A DNA stretch of 64,000 bases. It comes from Octopus sinensis (taxonomy: Eukaryota). A model generated the notes under the pieces. The model searched no databases, had not been told where the DNA came from, and saw nothing but the letters and a program-made list of their open reading frames with translations. The DNA is taken from contig NC_043001.1 of NCBI RefSeq assembly GCF_006345805.1, positions 122,512,001-122,576,000 of the forward strand. Reading direction: 5' to 3'. Both the position numbers and the translations under genes were made by a program. Below, piece by piece: positions 1 through 12,591 of the stretch; the first letter of the stretch is position 1; every line of letters begins with the position of its first letter.

Positions 1-1440
1 AATGCTTACATCTGTATGCTCGTTCTATAACCGTGTTTACTAGAGTATTTTTAGAAAAAATAATGAAAAATAGCTCAGAATTGCAGAGAAGACAGAATTT
101 CTTGCCTTTGTCATATGGTATCGAAATTGAGAGGATCAACCATTCTAAATGAAATTGTTCATTGTGGTCTTTTAAATCCCAAATCAGTTTGCTGAGACCG
201 GTACTATTCCGTTTATTTCTATCCCTAAATGTTGAGTAATGGATAGAAATTCTTTTAGATAACTCTAACGATGTGCTTCCAATGTAAAATCGTACTTTAT
301 TACGAGTACTGATTATACACTGGTATATAGAATTTTTAATCTTAGAGTTACTTGACATAAATTTAATTTTATTGGAATTGACTTCAGATACAATAACCTT
401 GTTATTAATATTTCTAGAGGGTTGGATGGTATTAGCTAAATTAATGTTAGTATTAGTAAATGTATTAATATTTAACAGTTTGTTATTATGAGAAGATATA
501 ATTTGCAAGAGATTTTTTGTGTTTGAAAAACCTATCCTAACCTTATGTGAATTAATTATAGAGTAATATCTAGAATTGTTTGGAAAATTCCTAGCAATGG
601 CTTGACGAAACAGCAGTGGGAGATTAGATTTAATTTGTCTCCCGTAAGGAATTATTAACCAAATTTTTACTAGTATTCATAGCGTAATTACTTTTGAAGG
701 TGTTATATTTACTTTTAGATCGGTAATAGGGGAATAAATAAGGGTTATCTGCCTTCATTCGCTTTGTATCGGTGCGTAAGTTATGTTTGTTATCAATAAT
801 TCTTTTACGACTAGAAATCTTATCTACATTATTGAATTTACAATTAGACTGAGCAGAATCAATGTAGAAAATTTTTTCTGTATAACCTGCTTTGATTAAG
901 GCAGAGTTATAGAATTCAGCGTTATTATTGAAAATATCAACATTAGCAGATAATTTAGATAATCTAAATGAAATATTCTTAACTAAATTCTTAGTAATTG
1001 CTCCAGGATGATTACTAAATTTGCTAATGTACTTAAGATTGGTCAACGGTTTATGATATGGGAAGTAAGAGTCACTGTGTAAATTAAGCGTAATATCTAA
1101 AAAGTTGGCCTTCGTCAGATCGTCATCAAAAAGCCCATTCTACTGAAAAAATTAACTAAACTATTCTTAACTTTTTGTACCTTTTGGTTGGAAACATTTT
1201 GGAGGTAAAGTAAACAATCATCACGATATAGACCTCCATAAATGTTAGGGAACTCTTCAGCCATTTCAAAAAGAATATATATACAGACCAAATCAGCTAT
1301 CTGTGCTGAATCAGAACTTCCCATTGGTATATCGAAACTATCTGATGTGTCTTTACGGACCCACAACTTATCATCAAATTTAATAATAGATCTTCTGGCT
1401 GCCAACACAACATTAATTTCTCCGTGTTAATTGTTAACAA
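1..1440 (-). mobile_element. Penelope-like retroelement (PLE), RT + GIY-YIG endonuclease, frameshifted; runs off the window start
   Basis: ORF 1115-1408 has the RT motifs DIPMGS..SAQIADL and LYRDD. After a frameshift near 1118 the reading continues NFLDITLNL..YFPYHKP..SNHP (thumb). After a second frameshift near 680 a frame stays open to base 1 with KIWLIIPY, IISSHN, SIYQC..FYIGST (GIY-YIG), FCLLCNSE and terminal CKH. Confidence 0.93.
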
Positions 1441-1452
1441 GGTAAAATACAC

Positions 1453-1493
1453 TCATCTATCTATCTATCTATCTATCTATCTATATATATATA

Positions 1494-1562
<69 letters not shown>
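1453..1562. repeat. (TCTA)n(TA)n microsatellite
   Basis: Directly visible; abuts the 5' end of the PLE remnant. Confidence 0.97.
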
Positions 1563-1563
<1 letters not shown>

Positions 1564-2524
1564 CAAATGAAAGACAGAAGATGGAATATACGAGAATTTA
1601 TTATTAATCATGACAATTGTTTCAACACTTGGGCGGGACACTCAACAACTGTTCAGAAGCATCCGGTGGTGCAGATGTATCTTGTCGGGTGATAAATAAA
1701 TACAACTCATTAAAATGACTGTTCAGCAATGTAACTTTCTGTTTTGTAGAGAGAAAAGCAGCCAGATGGGGGAAATATCTTTATTTATATAGATGAATAA
1801 TAAAATCACTGATGACAAAAAAAAAAAGAAACGAACATGCAATCCAGCGAGAAAAGTATTAAAAATAACTGTTAACAGGTATGGATGTATAAACGCCCTC
1901 GGGCAAGATACATGGCACGAGTACACTTGCTCATACAAGCATCTGCAAAAATGTGAGCATACGCACACGTGAAGTTTGATGCACTCATGATCACAAAGCA
2001 AGTTATTTATCAACTTAGTGTTCATAAGAATGGGAAGGTTAAAAGTAAACTTAAGCCACCCAAGCCTTAAAGTAAATTAAGTTAACAGTTATTTGAAATG
2101 CATTCTCACTGCATTAGGCCACAGAATAGACAAGGATTCCTCGGAGCAGAGACAGCATCTCCTGGAAATTATATTGTATAGTCTCACATGCCTTACTATG
2201 GACCAATTAATGCTGTACTTCATTTTATCTTCCTTCAGTCACCATACAAAATCTGCCAAAGATGTTGAATGTCATTATTGATTGTCTTAAAGCTGGCAAC
2301 ATGGTTATGATAACGATTCTTAAATGAATCAGCCATCTGCCCAATGTAAACATAGGGCCCTTGCCTTTTGTGAGCACAGTACATTTATATACAAGATTAG
2401 GCATCATACAGAGATTCATCAAAGGACATTTTGATTTTTCTCTGCATGAGCATTTATCATATTCACTTATATATAAGGCAGTCCTGACTCTATATACTGG
2501 TGTTATAACTGTGCTAGCTGTATA

Positions 2525-2865
2525 TAGGGCGACCTGCTGTGCTTGAGGAGACCTATTGAGTCAAGTACATCAACATCAAAATAGAAATCAAATGGAAATT
2601 ATAGTTGTGATACCCGTGCCAGAGGCACGTAAAAAGCACCAACCAATCGTGGCCATTGCCAGCCTCCCCTGGCACCTGTGCCAGTGGCACGTAAAAGGCA
2701 CCCACTACACTCACGGAGTGGATGGCGTTAGGAAGGGCATCCAGCTGTAGAAATACTGCCAGATCAGACTGGAGCCTGGTGCAGCCTCCTGGCTTCCCAG
2801 ACCCCAGTTGAACCATAACTCATTCTAGTATGGGAAAACAGACGTTAAACGATAATGATAATGAT
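2525..2865 (+). mobile_element. Module A copy preceded by a LINE-like 3' tail
   Basis: gaggagacctattgagtcaagtacatcaacatc tail, then gtggcacgtaaaaagcacc subrepeats, core tggcgttaggaagggcatccagctgtagaaa, and a (GAT)-like tail. Confidence 0.85.
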
Positions 2866-2954
2866 ATATACATATTTATATATATATATATATATGCATG
2901 TATGTGTGTGTGTGTGCATATGTATGTATGTATATATATATATATATATACACA

Positions 2955-3112
2955 CAACAGGCTTCTTTCAGTTTCCATCTACCAATTCCACTCACAAGGT
3001 TATAGTCAACCCGAGGCTATAGTAGAAGACACTTGCCCATGGTGCCACACAGTGAGACTGAACCCAGAAGCATGTGATCGGTAAGCAATCTACTTACCAC
3101 ACACCCACTCCT
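2955..3112 (-). mobile_element. tRNA-headed SINE family B, 5' part
   Basis: Reverse complement of the head caggagtgg(g)tgtgtggtaagtag..gttcagtc..gggcaagtgtcttc seen intact at 55349. Confidence 0.8.
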
Positions 3113-3768
3113 GCATCTAGAACTACATTATTCAATATATTTCTGTGTAGTTGTTGCTTAACCCCAGGTCAGTATTGACCACACAGATCACTGGTCAAAA
3201 TACTCTCCAAACATGATAATGCCATATTTTTTCAGACACAGTGTATGATGGACTAAATTATCTACAAAATGATTACATTAACTTTTTAAAAGACATTAGG
3301 CATTATTTGAGAGAAATTTAGCTGGTTTCCCTAACTAGGCTTCATATTTCTGTTATGGGAGCAAATTTGACAAGCAGTTGAAGAAGCAATGGTTTACATT
3401 CCATCACATCCAGCTCTGAGTCTTTGAACTAGATATTTAAGCTTATAATGTATTTACCTCTGTTTGCCACAGTCTGAATGTGGTAAGTGTACTAAGCTGC
3501 TATTCACCTTGCAATCTCTAATACCTGCTCTTGACTTTCTGTTCCCAAATAGCACACCATGATGTGTATGAGAGAGAAAGAGAGAATATTCAGTGTAAAC
3601 TGAAACACCTTTCATATACATTTTACTAACACCTTTTTTAATTACTGATTAAACTATCAATCAGCTTCTCATTAAGGCAGCAAGATTCTTAGAGTTTTAT
3701 TTACATATTTATGATACCACATAATTAATTTGATGAAAAATATAAAAGAACTCCTGAAAAATATCAGA

Positions 3769-3983
3769 ACATCATCATCATCATCATCATCATCGTTTAA
3801 TGTCCCCTTTCCATGCTAGCATGGGTTGGACGATTTGACTGAGGACTGGTGAACCTGATGGCTGCACCAGGCTCCAATCTGATCTGGCAGAGTTTCTACA
3901 GCTGGATGCTCTTCCTAATGCCAACCACTCCAAGAGTGTAGTGGGTGCTTTTACATGCCGCCAGCATGAGGGCCAGTCAGGTG
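3769..3983 (-). mobile_element. Module A copy
   Basis: (CAT)n-cgtttaatgtcc..catgctagcatgggttgga..ctacagctggatgc..gtagtgggtgct. Confidence 0.85.
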
Positions 3984-4214
3984 AGGCCTTTTATTTTTAT
4001 ACTAGTTTCAGACATTGGAGTGTGGGAGTTTTGGAGAATAGCTTTCTAGGACGTAGTCTGTCACATTATTTTATCAACTCATTTTTGTATTTTAACAACC
4101 ACAGAATGACGAAGGGTTGGATTTGAACTCAAAATATATACCCAACTATCACTAGACACTTTATCTGCTGTTCTACAGATTCTGCTAACACACACACTGG
4201 CATCTATATTTCTA

Positions 4215-4356
4215 GCTTCGGCTTTGCCTTTCATCCTCTTGGGGTCGATAAATAAAGTACCAGTTTCGCACTGGGTCGATGTAATCAACTTAATCCCTTT
4301 GTTTGTCCTTGTTTGTCCCCTCTATGTTTAGCCCCTTGTGGGTAGTAAAGAAATAT
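4215..4356 (+). mobile_element. SINE family C, 3' part
   Basis: Matches the 3' half of the copy at 62021-62252 (ctttgcctttcatcc..gtaccagtt..gccccttgtgggta.taaagaaata). Confidence 0.8.
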
Positions 4357-4374
4357 TTTACTTGTTACAGTCAC

Positions 4375-4980
4375 AAGACTGTGGCCATGCTGGAGTACCA
4401 TCTTCAAGGATTTAGTTGAACAAATCAACCACAGAACTTAATATTTTAAGTCTGGTATGCATCTTATTGGTCTCTTTTGCCAAACTGCTAGATTACAGGA
4501 GTGTAAACAAACCAACACCAGTTGTCAAGCAGTAGCGAAGGACAATCAAAGCCACACACACACACACACAAAACATTAACAAACTTCCACACAATTTCTG
4601 TCTTAAAACCTACCAAATTCCCTCTCATAAAGCATTGGTCAGCCTGAGGCTATTGTACAAGACAGCTGCCCAAGGTTCCACTCAGTGGGACTGAACCCAA
4701 AACCACATAGTCACAAAATGAGCTTCTTAACCACACAGCCATGCTTATGTTCATTCTTTTATTCTTTTATTCTTTTAGTTGTTTCAGTCATTAGACTGTG
4801 GCCATACTGGGGCACCACCTTGAATTTTTAGGCAAATGAATCAACCCTGGTACTTATTTTTTAAGCCTGGTACTTATTTTATCAATCTCTTTTGATGAAC
4901 TGCCAAGTTACAAGGATGCAAACACACCAACACCAGTTGTAAAGCAGTGATGGGGTGGGACAAACATAGACAAAAAGACA
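4375..4980 (-). mobile_element. Cluster of decayed family B SINE pieces
   Basis: Repeated ctgtggccat(g/a)ctgg.gcacc..acaccagttgt..ggacaa and the head ctgaaccc..ccacacagccat. Confidence 0.7.
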
Positions 4981-5349
4981 CACACATAGATGATGATGAT
5001 GATGATGAATTTTACTTTTTTATAAAGAAAAAAACCTCTACAGTATTTTCAGTTTGAAATTTTAAACTGAAAACGCCTAAAATCTGAAAACCTGAATCTA
5101 ATTCCAAACTCTGGATGACATCATATGTTAAATAAACATCACTCATTAAATATTTACAACTTGCTTTAATGTCATGTAATGTTATATAATTATACATGGA
5201 CAACTTGTTTTAGTATGAAGTGCTTAATTCCTATAGGTCATGGGTCTATAAACTTATGTACATATGTGCATATATATATATATATATGTATGTATGTATA
5301 TATATGTGTGTATATATATATATATATTATATATATATATATATGTGAC

Positions 5350-5550
5350 CATGTGTGTACCGTTGGCGATTTTTTTTTCCTCTGTCTTCCCTTCTCTGGA
5401 TCTTTCCTTCTCCTATGTTTCCGATGAAGAGCTCCACTCAAAACGTTAAACCCTCCTTCTTTCCTTCTTTCCTGAGCATCCAATAACACTATATTTGTTC
5501 CACGTCCTCGCATTGTTGTGTATTTTTTTCTGCTTCCTTGTTTGGATTAA
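5350..5550 (+). mobile_element. Probable PLE terminal-repeat fragment carrying a degenerate hammerhead motif
   Basis: Pyrimidine-rich segment between TA tracts containing GTTT-CCGATGA-A-GAGC-TCC-ACTC-AAAA-CGTT-AAAC (5417-5451). Confidence 0.5.
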
Positions 5551-5816
5551 CTATATATATATATAGTTGAAAATATGTGGAAAAAAATATAGAAAGTGGA
5601 AGAGAAATGCCCTCATATATACATATTATATGGATGTCGTGAAAAAAAAAGATATAAACTGATATTAAACTATATGAAACAAAGGCATTTCTCTTCTACT
5701 TTTTACATTTTTTTTCACGTATTTTCAACTCATAATTTTGCCACGTGGTGTGTACTGAATCTTCAGTACCTTTGCATCTTGTATATTTTTATATTTATAC
5801 ATATATATATATATAC

Positions 5817-6201
5817 TCAAATTAAGCAACAAGAATGACTCCGGTAATTTGGTATGATCGTTTTGTACTACATCATTTTATTAAATGTTGTAAGTATTAC
5901 AACAGATTTAAGATGCTGAGTACTCATCAGCCAATTATAGAGGTTTTCCATTAATACAAAAATTTTCAAATCAAGTGGCAACATTATAGAAAAGGTAGAT
6001 ATATAAACAAAGACATGGATTTAAATTTTAAGAACATTTGAGGTAGTGGAGTCCATCAACTGACTGACTGAGATTTGGTTGTTCCAGACTGCTGTAAGGT
6101 AGCATCTTAAATCTGTTGTAATACTTACAACATTTAATAAAATGATGTAGTACGAAACGATCGTACCAAATTACCGGAGTCATTCTTGTTGCTTATTTTG
6201 A
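5817..6201. mobile_element. MITE-like element with 101-bp terminal inverted repeats
   Basis: 5817-5917 is the reverse complement of 6101-6201 with about 3 mismatches; TA-rich flanks; no ORF. Confidence 0.8.
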
Positions 6202-6282
6202 TTATAATCACCCCACGGATTTTTATGGATAACACCATACAAAATTCTGGTGCATCTAAATTAAGTACCATATTCATTTGAA

Positions 6283-6362
<80 letters not shown>

Positions 6363-6408
6363 ACATTTCTAAATATTTCAGAGAGATATAAGTAGTAGTG
6401 GTACGATA

Positions 6409-6660
6409 GAGTAGTTGTATACTGTCAACTTAATGTGACAGTCCCATGCTACTCCAGACAGATGACGAGCAAGACTCAGAAACTAGTCTCTGGATGCAGG
6501 CTTAGCTGGGTGGGGGTGCTTCTCTCCCCCTTGTAAACATAAGGACACAGGAAATGTGTTAAGCCCGACAGGAAGCGTTGATGCTTCCTAGGGCTAAATA
6601 GCAGTGGTGTGATTCCCTTCATGGGACTGTCACATTAAGTTGACAGTATACAACTACTCT
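6409..6660. mobile_element. MITE with 40-bp perfect TIRs and TA target duplication
   Basis: TA-gagtagttgtatactgtcaacttaatgtgacagtcccatg ... catgggactgtcacattaagttgacagtatacaactactc-TA. Confidence 0.85.
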
Positions 6661-6723
6661 ATATATATATACATACATATATATATATATATTTACACAC
6701 ACATATATAGAAGATATATATAT

Positions 6724-6915
6724 CATCATTATCATCATCCTCAGTTAATGTTAATTTTCCATGCAGGCATGGGTTGGATAGTTTGGCAGGAACTGGTATA
6801 GCCAGGGACCACACCAGGTTCCATAGTCCATTTTGGCTTGGTTCCTATAGCTGGATGCCCTTCCTAATGCCAACCACTCCACAGAGTGTACTGGGTGCTT
6901 TTATGTGGCACCATC
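6724..6915 (-). mobile_element. Module A copy (diverged)
   Basis: catcatc..ttccatgcaggcatgggttgga..agctggatgcccttcctaatgccaaccact. Confidence 0.75.
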
Positions 6916-7649
6916 AGCACACACATACACAGATACACACACACTCACACATATATGTATGTTTCTATGTGTGTATGTATGTATGTATGTATGTATGTAT
7001 GTATGTATGTATGTATGTATGTATGTATGTATGGTGCCTATGCATACACGGATGTGTTTGTGTATGTATAGTTAGTTTGAAGTAGTGTGCACATTAAGGA
7101 AAATGAAAATGAAGGTTGTCAGGACTTGGATAAAAACCATTCATTTATCACTTCTGTTCCTTTTAGTAATTCATCATTCATGATGAACACATACATTTTA
7201 TACACATTCTGACTCCGTCCTTTCTCTTATAACACATGTACCTCTGTAAATTATGTGACACAGAGACAGGTAAAGTGATGGTAGATAGATTGTAGAATTG
7301 TATATTTCTAAACAGAAACGTATTTAAATAATGAGATTCCTGTTATTATGTACACACAAATACAAACATACTCACTCACACACACACACACACACACAAA
7401 CATGTATACATCTATGTAGATCAGTGTGTGTGTGTGTGGTTGTTTTAGTGACAGCATGTATATATTTAAAAACATGCATGTGTATGTGAGTGAGTAGATA
7501 TATTTATATATATATATATAATACAAATAAGAAAATGGAGGAACAAATTCATTTCAATCATCAATTTATAGATATTACCATTTCATATTATTTATTAACT
7601 ATATAACTATTATTTATATAACTATATTACCCTCATAACCCCTATCTTA

Positions 7650-8170
<521 letters not shown>

Positions 8171-9507
8171 GGAAGAGGGACACAGAAAGGGATTGAGAAT
8201 ATATGTGGAAGCCGGTACTTACATATGATTTCAGTTGAAGAAGGAAACACTTTAGCAATCTCTACAAGTAAAACATTCCTGGATGATAAATTTTAAAATT
8301 AGTGGTTTTCTCAGTACTTTGGGAGATAATTTCCTTGTTTTTTTTTTGTTTTTCTTTTTCATTATATTTTTGACATGTCATGTGATATCTTCTATTTGCT
8401 TCCATCAGGTAAATATCCTGATTGGCCATATCTCTCTGTCTCTCTATTTGTTTCCTCTCCCTCTGATTCTCTTGCTCTCACTCTCTGACTTAGTCATTCT
8501 TTTACTCTCCCTACACAAATGCACACATTTAAATATAGACAAACATATAAATATATAATGTATATATAGATGTGTGTATGTGTGTGTATGTAAGTATGTG
8601 ATTACATATGTGCACACATACATACACACACATGCACATACACACACATAGACACATAAACATTACCATCATTGTTATCATCATCACATTTTATGTCTGC
8701 TGTCTGTGCTAGTGTGAGTTGTTTATATGTATGCTAGTATGTCTGTACATGCATATGTATGTATATATATACGTGTGTCTATTCTCTTTTTAAAGGGTCC
8801 CAATCCAAATGTAATTTACAATGACATGCCAGGAATTTCTGTTATGCATTAATATTGCTAGTTCCTCAATTTCATGTTATATGAAAGTAGGATATGGAAA
8901 TTGAACCCCTAAACCTCAAGTAAAAGTGTTGCTCTTGATCTTCTATGTTGATGATGTCATAAAAGTCTCCTGTTGAATGACTCTTGAGGAAGTGGCTCAT
9001 CATGTATGTTCCAAAGTTCCTGGAGGCAAATGTTGTCAATACTATATGTACGCACATCACATACAAGTTCTTTCTCTTTGGCAGCAGTGGTCAGTGTCCA
9101 AGTACTGAATGTGTTGATAATAAAGAAGGCTTTACATCAGACAAATGAGACTGCATCAGTTTTTCTATATGAGACTTAGACTGTATGTGAAGAATTAGGA
9201 GCATTCTAGAATTCTAACTCAGAACAGATGTTGATGTAGAAAGTAAGAGCATTGAATCAGGGATGCGAACCATGGGGTTTTTGCATTTTTAATTAATCTC
9301 ATCAATTTGCTGATGGTATACTAATGAGAAAACTCTATCAGTGGCCCTTTTCTATTAGGGCAAGCCTCTTAGGCCCTTGATACCCATAATCCAGTCTGCT
9401 AGGCAACAGCTTCTTTTCTCTAAGAGTGCTGGTCCATAGCTTTAGACTTCCAGATTCTTCCTGCAAAGTAGAGTTAGTTTCTAGCAACTGCCAAATCCAC
9501 AAATTCT

Positions 9508-10078
9508 GCTGAGAGTTGTGTGAAGAAGTGCCACTCCCAAACAGTTGAAGGAAACCGGGTAAGAGGTAGACCCAGGAAGACATGGCATGAGGTGAAAAGA
9601 CTGAAACCTCAGGAGACATGCTGTAACTGTGAAGACCTGGCAAATAAAGTGGGTTCACGGCTGTATCCTACGCCAGTTTCACATAACTAACCCCAGCCCA
9701 TTCAAAGGTACCTTGGATCTTAGGGCGACATGCTGTTCTTGAGGAGACCTATTGAGTCAATTAGATGAACATCAACATCAACATCAAAATGAAAATAAAA
9801 TGGAAATTGTAGTTGTGATCCCCGTGCTGGTGGCATGTAAAAAGCACCATCCGAGTGTGGCTGATGCCAGCCAACTCTGGCCCTTGTGCAAGTGGCACGT
9901 AAAAAGCACCCACTACACTCATGGAGTGGTTGACATTAGGAAGAGCATCCAGCTATAGAAACACTGCGAGGGCAGACTGGAGCCAAGTGCAGCCTCCTGG
10001 CTTCCCAGACCCCAGTCGAACCATCCTACCCATGCTAGCATGGAAAACGGATGTTAAACGATGATGATGATGATGATA
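9508..10078 (+). mobile_element. RTE-like LINE 3' end continuous with module A
   Basis: 9511 onward translates ESCVKKCHSQTVEGNRVRGRPRKTWHEV, similar to DSCVQKCYTLAVEGTCGRGRPRKTWDEV at about 26500. Followed by UTR, (CATCAA)n, subrepeats, module A core and (GAT)n. Confidence 0.82.
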
Positions 10079-10095
10079 TATATATATATATATAT

Positions 10096-10311
10096 ATTAT
10101 ATAAAAGGGCTTAGTAAAATAAATTACTTTGCCGCATACTGAACTCGTTAGAAATAGCAGCTAAAAAAACTATTTCTAACACTTAAAGAAAACCTCTCTC
10201 ATATATGAGAGAGGTTTTCTTTAAGTGTTAGAAATAGTTTTTTTAGCTGCTATTTCTAACGAGTTCAGTATGCGGCAAAGTAATTTATTTTACTAAGCCC
10301 TTTTATATAAT
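10096..10311. repeat. 216-bp perfect spacerless palindrome
   Basis: Position i pairs with 20407-i from 10096 to 10311; centre ctctctcATATATgagagag. Confidence 0.95.
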
Positions 10312-10407
10312 GTAATAATTTGAATTTGCCTTAAATGGTCCCTTTGCATACTGAATACTTGGTGAAATTGATTAATTAATAAATTAATTTTACCCTCAAT
10401 TGTTGAA

Positions 10408-10444
<37 letters not shown>

Positions 10445-10971
10445 GACAAGTTTATTAACATTATTCCTGGATTAGCATATGCCCCTCATATTCTGTTTTT
10501 TAACATCATACTTAAAATAAATTTTAAATTAGCAAGAAACCATTTTTGCATTGATTTTTAGCACAAAAGCTTTATGTACTAAAACTTATTATGTTTATAC
10601 ATGAGACATTCATAAAATAAGAACTAACCTTCAAGAAATATATGAAGAAGACAAAAAGAAAAGAAGTGGAATGCTGGCAATGATATGCAAAATGATTAAA
10701 TGAACTAAAGGATAGAACTTGAAAGGGATTAAAAATGATTGATGAATGGTGGATGTCAAGAGAAAATCAATCAGAATGAATGCATGAGAATCATATGTCT
10801 GTAAATTCTAGAAGAAAGAGTGAGGAATCCCCTCATCTCCATCATACTTTCTCCCACACTAAACTCCACACTTCATCTTATTTACTATCAGCATCGTCAT
10901 CAGTTCCTTTGTTGCCTTCGCCACTGAAATAATTGTCATCGTCATATAAACACCCATATGAGACGACGATG

Positions 10972-11297
10972 AGCTGTGTGGTAAGTAGCTTACTGACCAA
11001 ACACAAGGTTCTGGGTTCAGTCCCATTGCGTGACACCTTGGGTAAATGTCTTCTGCTATAGCCTCGGGCCGACCAAAGCCTTGTGAGTGGATTTGGGAAA
11101 CAGAAACCGAAAGAAGCCCGTCATATATATGTGTGTGTTTTTGTGTGTGCGTGTGTGTGTGCATGCGTCTGTTTGTCTGTGTGTGTGTGTGTCTCTGTGT
11201 GTGTATGTGCATGTGTGTGTGCGTGCGTGTGTGTGTGTGTGTGTGTGTGCATGTGTGTGTGTGACTGTGTATATGTGCATGTGTGTGCACGTGCGTG

Positions 11298-11328
<31 letters not shown>

Positions 11329-11341
11329 CGTGCGTGCGTGT

Positions 11342-11377
<36 letters not shown>

Positions 11378-11448
11378 ATGTGTGTGTGTGTGTGCATGTG
11401 TGTGTGTGTGTTGTGTGTGTGTGTGTGTGTGTGTGCGTGCGTGCGTGT

Positions 11449-11489
<41 letters not shown>

Positions 11490-11885
11490 CTCTTTACTCT
11501 TTTACTAGTTTTAGTGATTTGACTGCAGCCATGCTGGAGCACTGCCTTTAGTCAAGCAAATCAATCCTAGGACTTAATCTTTGTAAGCCTAGCACTTATT
11601 CTATTGGTCACTTTTGCCGAACCACTAATTTATGGGGATGTAAACACACCAGCATCAGTTGTCAAGCGATGTTGAAGGGACAAACACAGACAAACAAACG
11701 TATACACACACATACATACTTATATATATATACATATATATGACGGACTTCTTTCAGTTTCTGTCTACCAACTCCACTCACAAGGCTTTGGTTGGCACAA
11801 GGCTATAGTTGAAGAGACTTGCCCAAAGTACCACACAGTGGGACTGAACCCAGAACCATGCAGTTCGTAAGCACGCTACTTACGT
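10972..11885. mobile_element. Two opposed family B SINE pieces (10972-11125 +, 11515-11885 -) around a (TG)n tract (11130-11485)
   Basis: Head gctgtgtggtaagtagcttac..gggttcagtccc on plus; reverse-complement body and head on minus. Confidence 0.8.
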
Positions 11886-11900
11886 ATGTATGTATGCATG

Positions 11901-11937
<37 letters not shown>

Positions 11938-12011
11938 TGCAATTGTTTTCGTTTCAGCACACGATCTCAGATCAAATTACTTGCTATGCAAGTACATCTC
12001 CCTATATATAT

Positions 12012-12077
<66 letters not shown>

Positions 12078-12084
12078 GTATATG

Positions 12085-12115
<31 letters not shown>

Positions 12116-12591
12116 ATGTATGTATGTATGTATGTATATATATATGCATTTATATGTATGTATGTGCATGTATTTATATATGTATGTGCATGTATGTGCA
12201 TGTGTGTATGTGTGTATGTGTGTGTGTGTGTGTGTGTTGTGGTAGGGAATGCAGGAATACTGTATATTATGACACCTACTCTTGTATATCATCATGCACC
12301 TGCATGCAACTTCTGTTCTTCATCAAGTGCAATGATGTCATTTTCCTCGTCATTTCTCACCTACTTATTGGAAATAGCTGTAGTACCAGTGTTACCTTAC
12401 TTGGTGTCTGGACTGATATGGTGTTGTCTCATCTGCCCACTCAACAAGATGCTATGGAAACCCAATGGAGACTTAATCTCCTTATGTACTTGAATGATTT
12501 TATTTTGTTGTTGTTGTTGTATTGAAGCTATGACTCCTTTTTTTTTGCCTTATGTGCTGTGTATCTATGGCTATATGTCCAGCAAATCCTT

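Noticed and set aside
1605-1650. Minus-strand TTGTTGA..GAAACAATTGTC with a palindromic stem III-like segment
   Set aside because: Stems I and II do not pair; at most a highly decayed ribozyme relic.
12295-12500. Protein-like minus-strand stretch VRNDEENDIIALDEEQKLHAG
   Set aside because: Poor acceptor, weak donor, and stops in all frames nearby.
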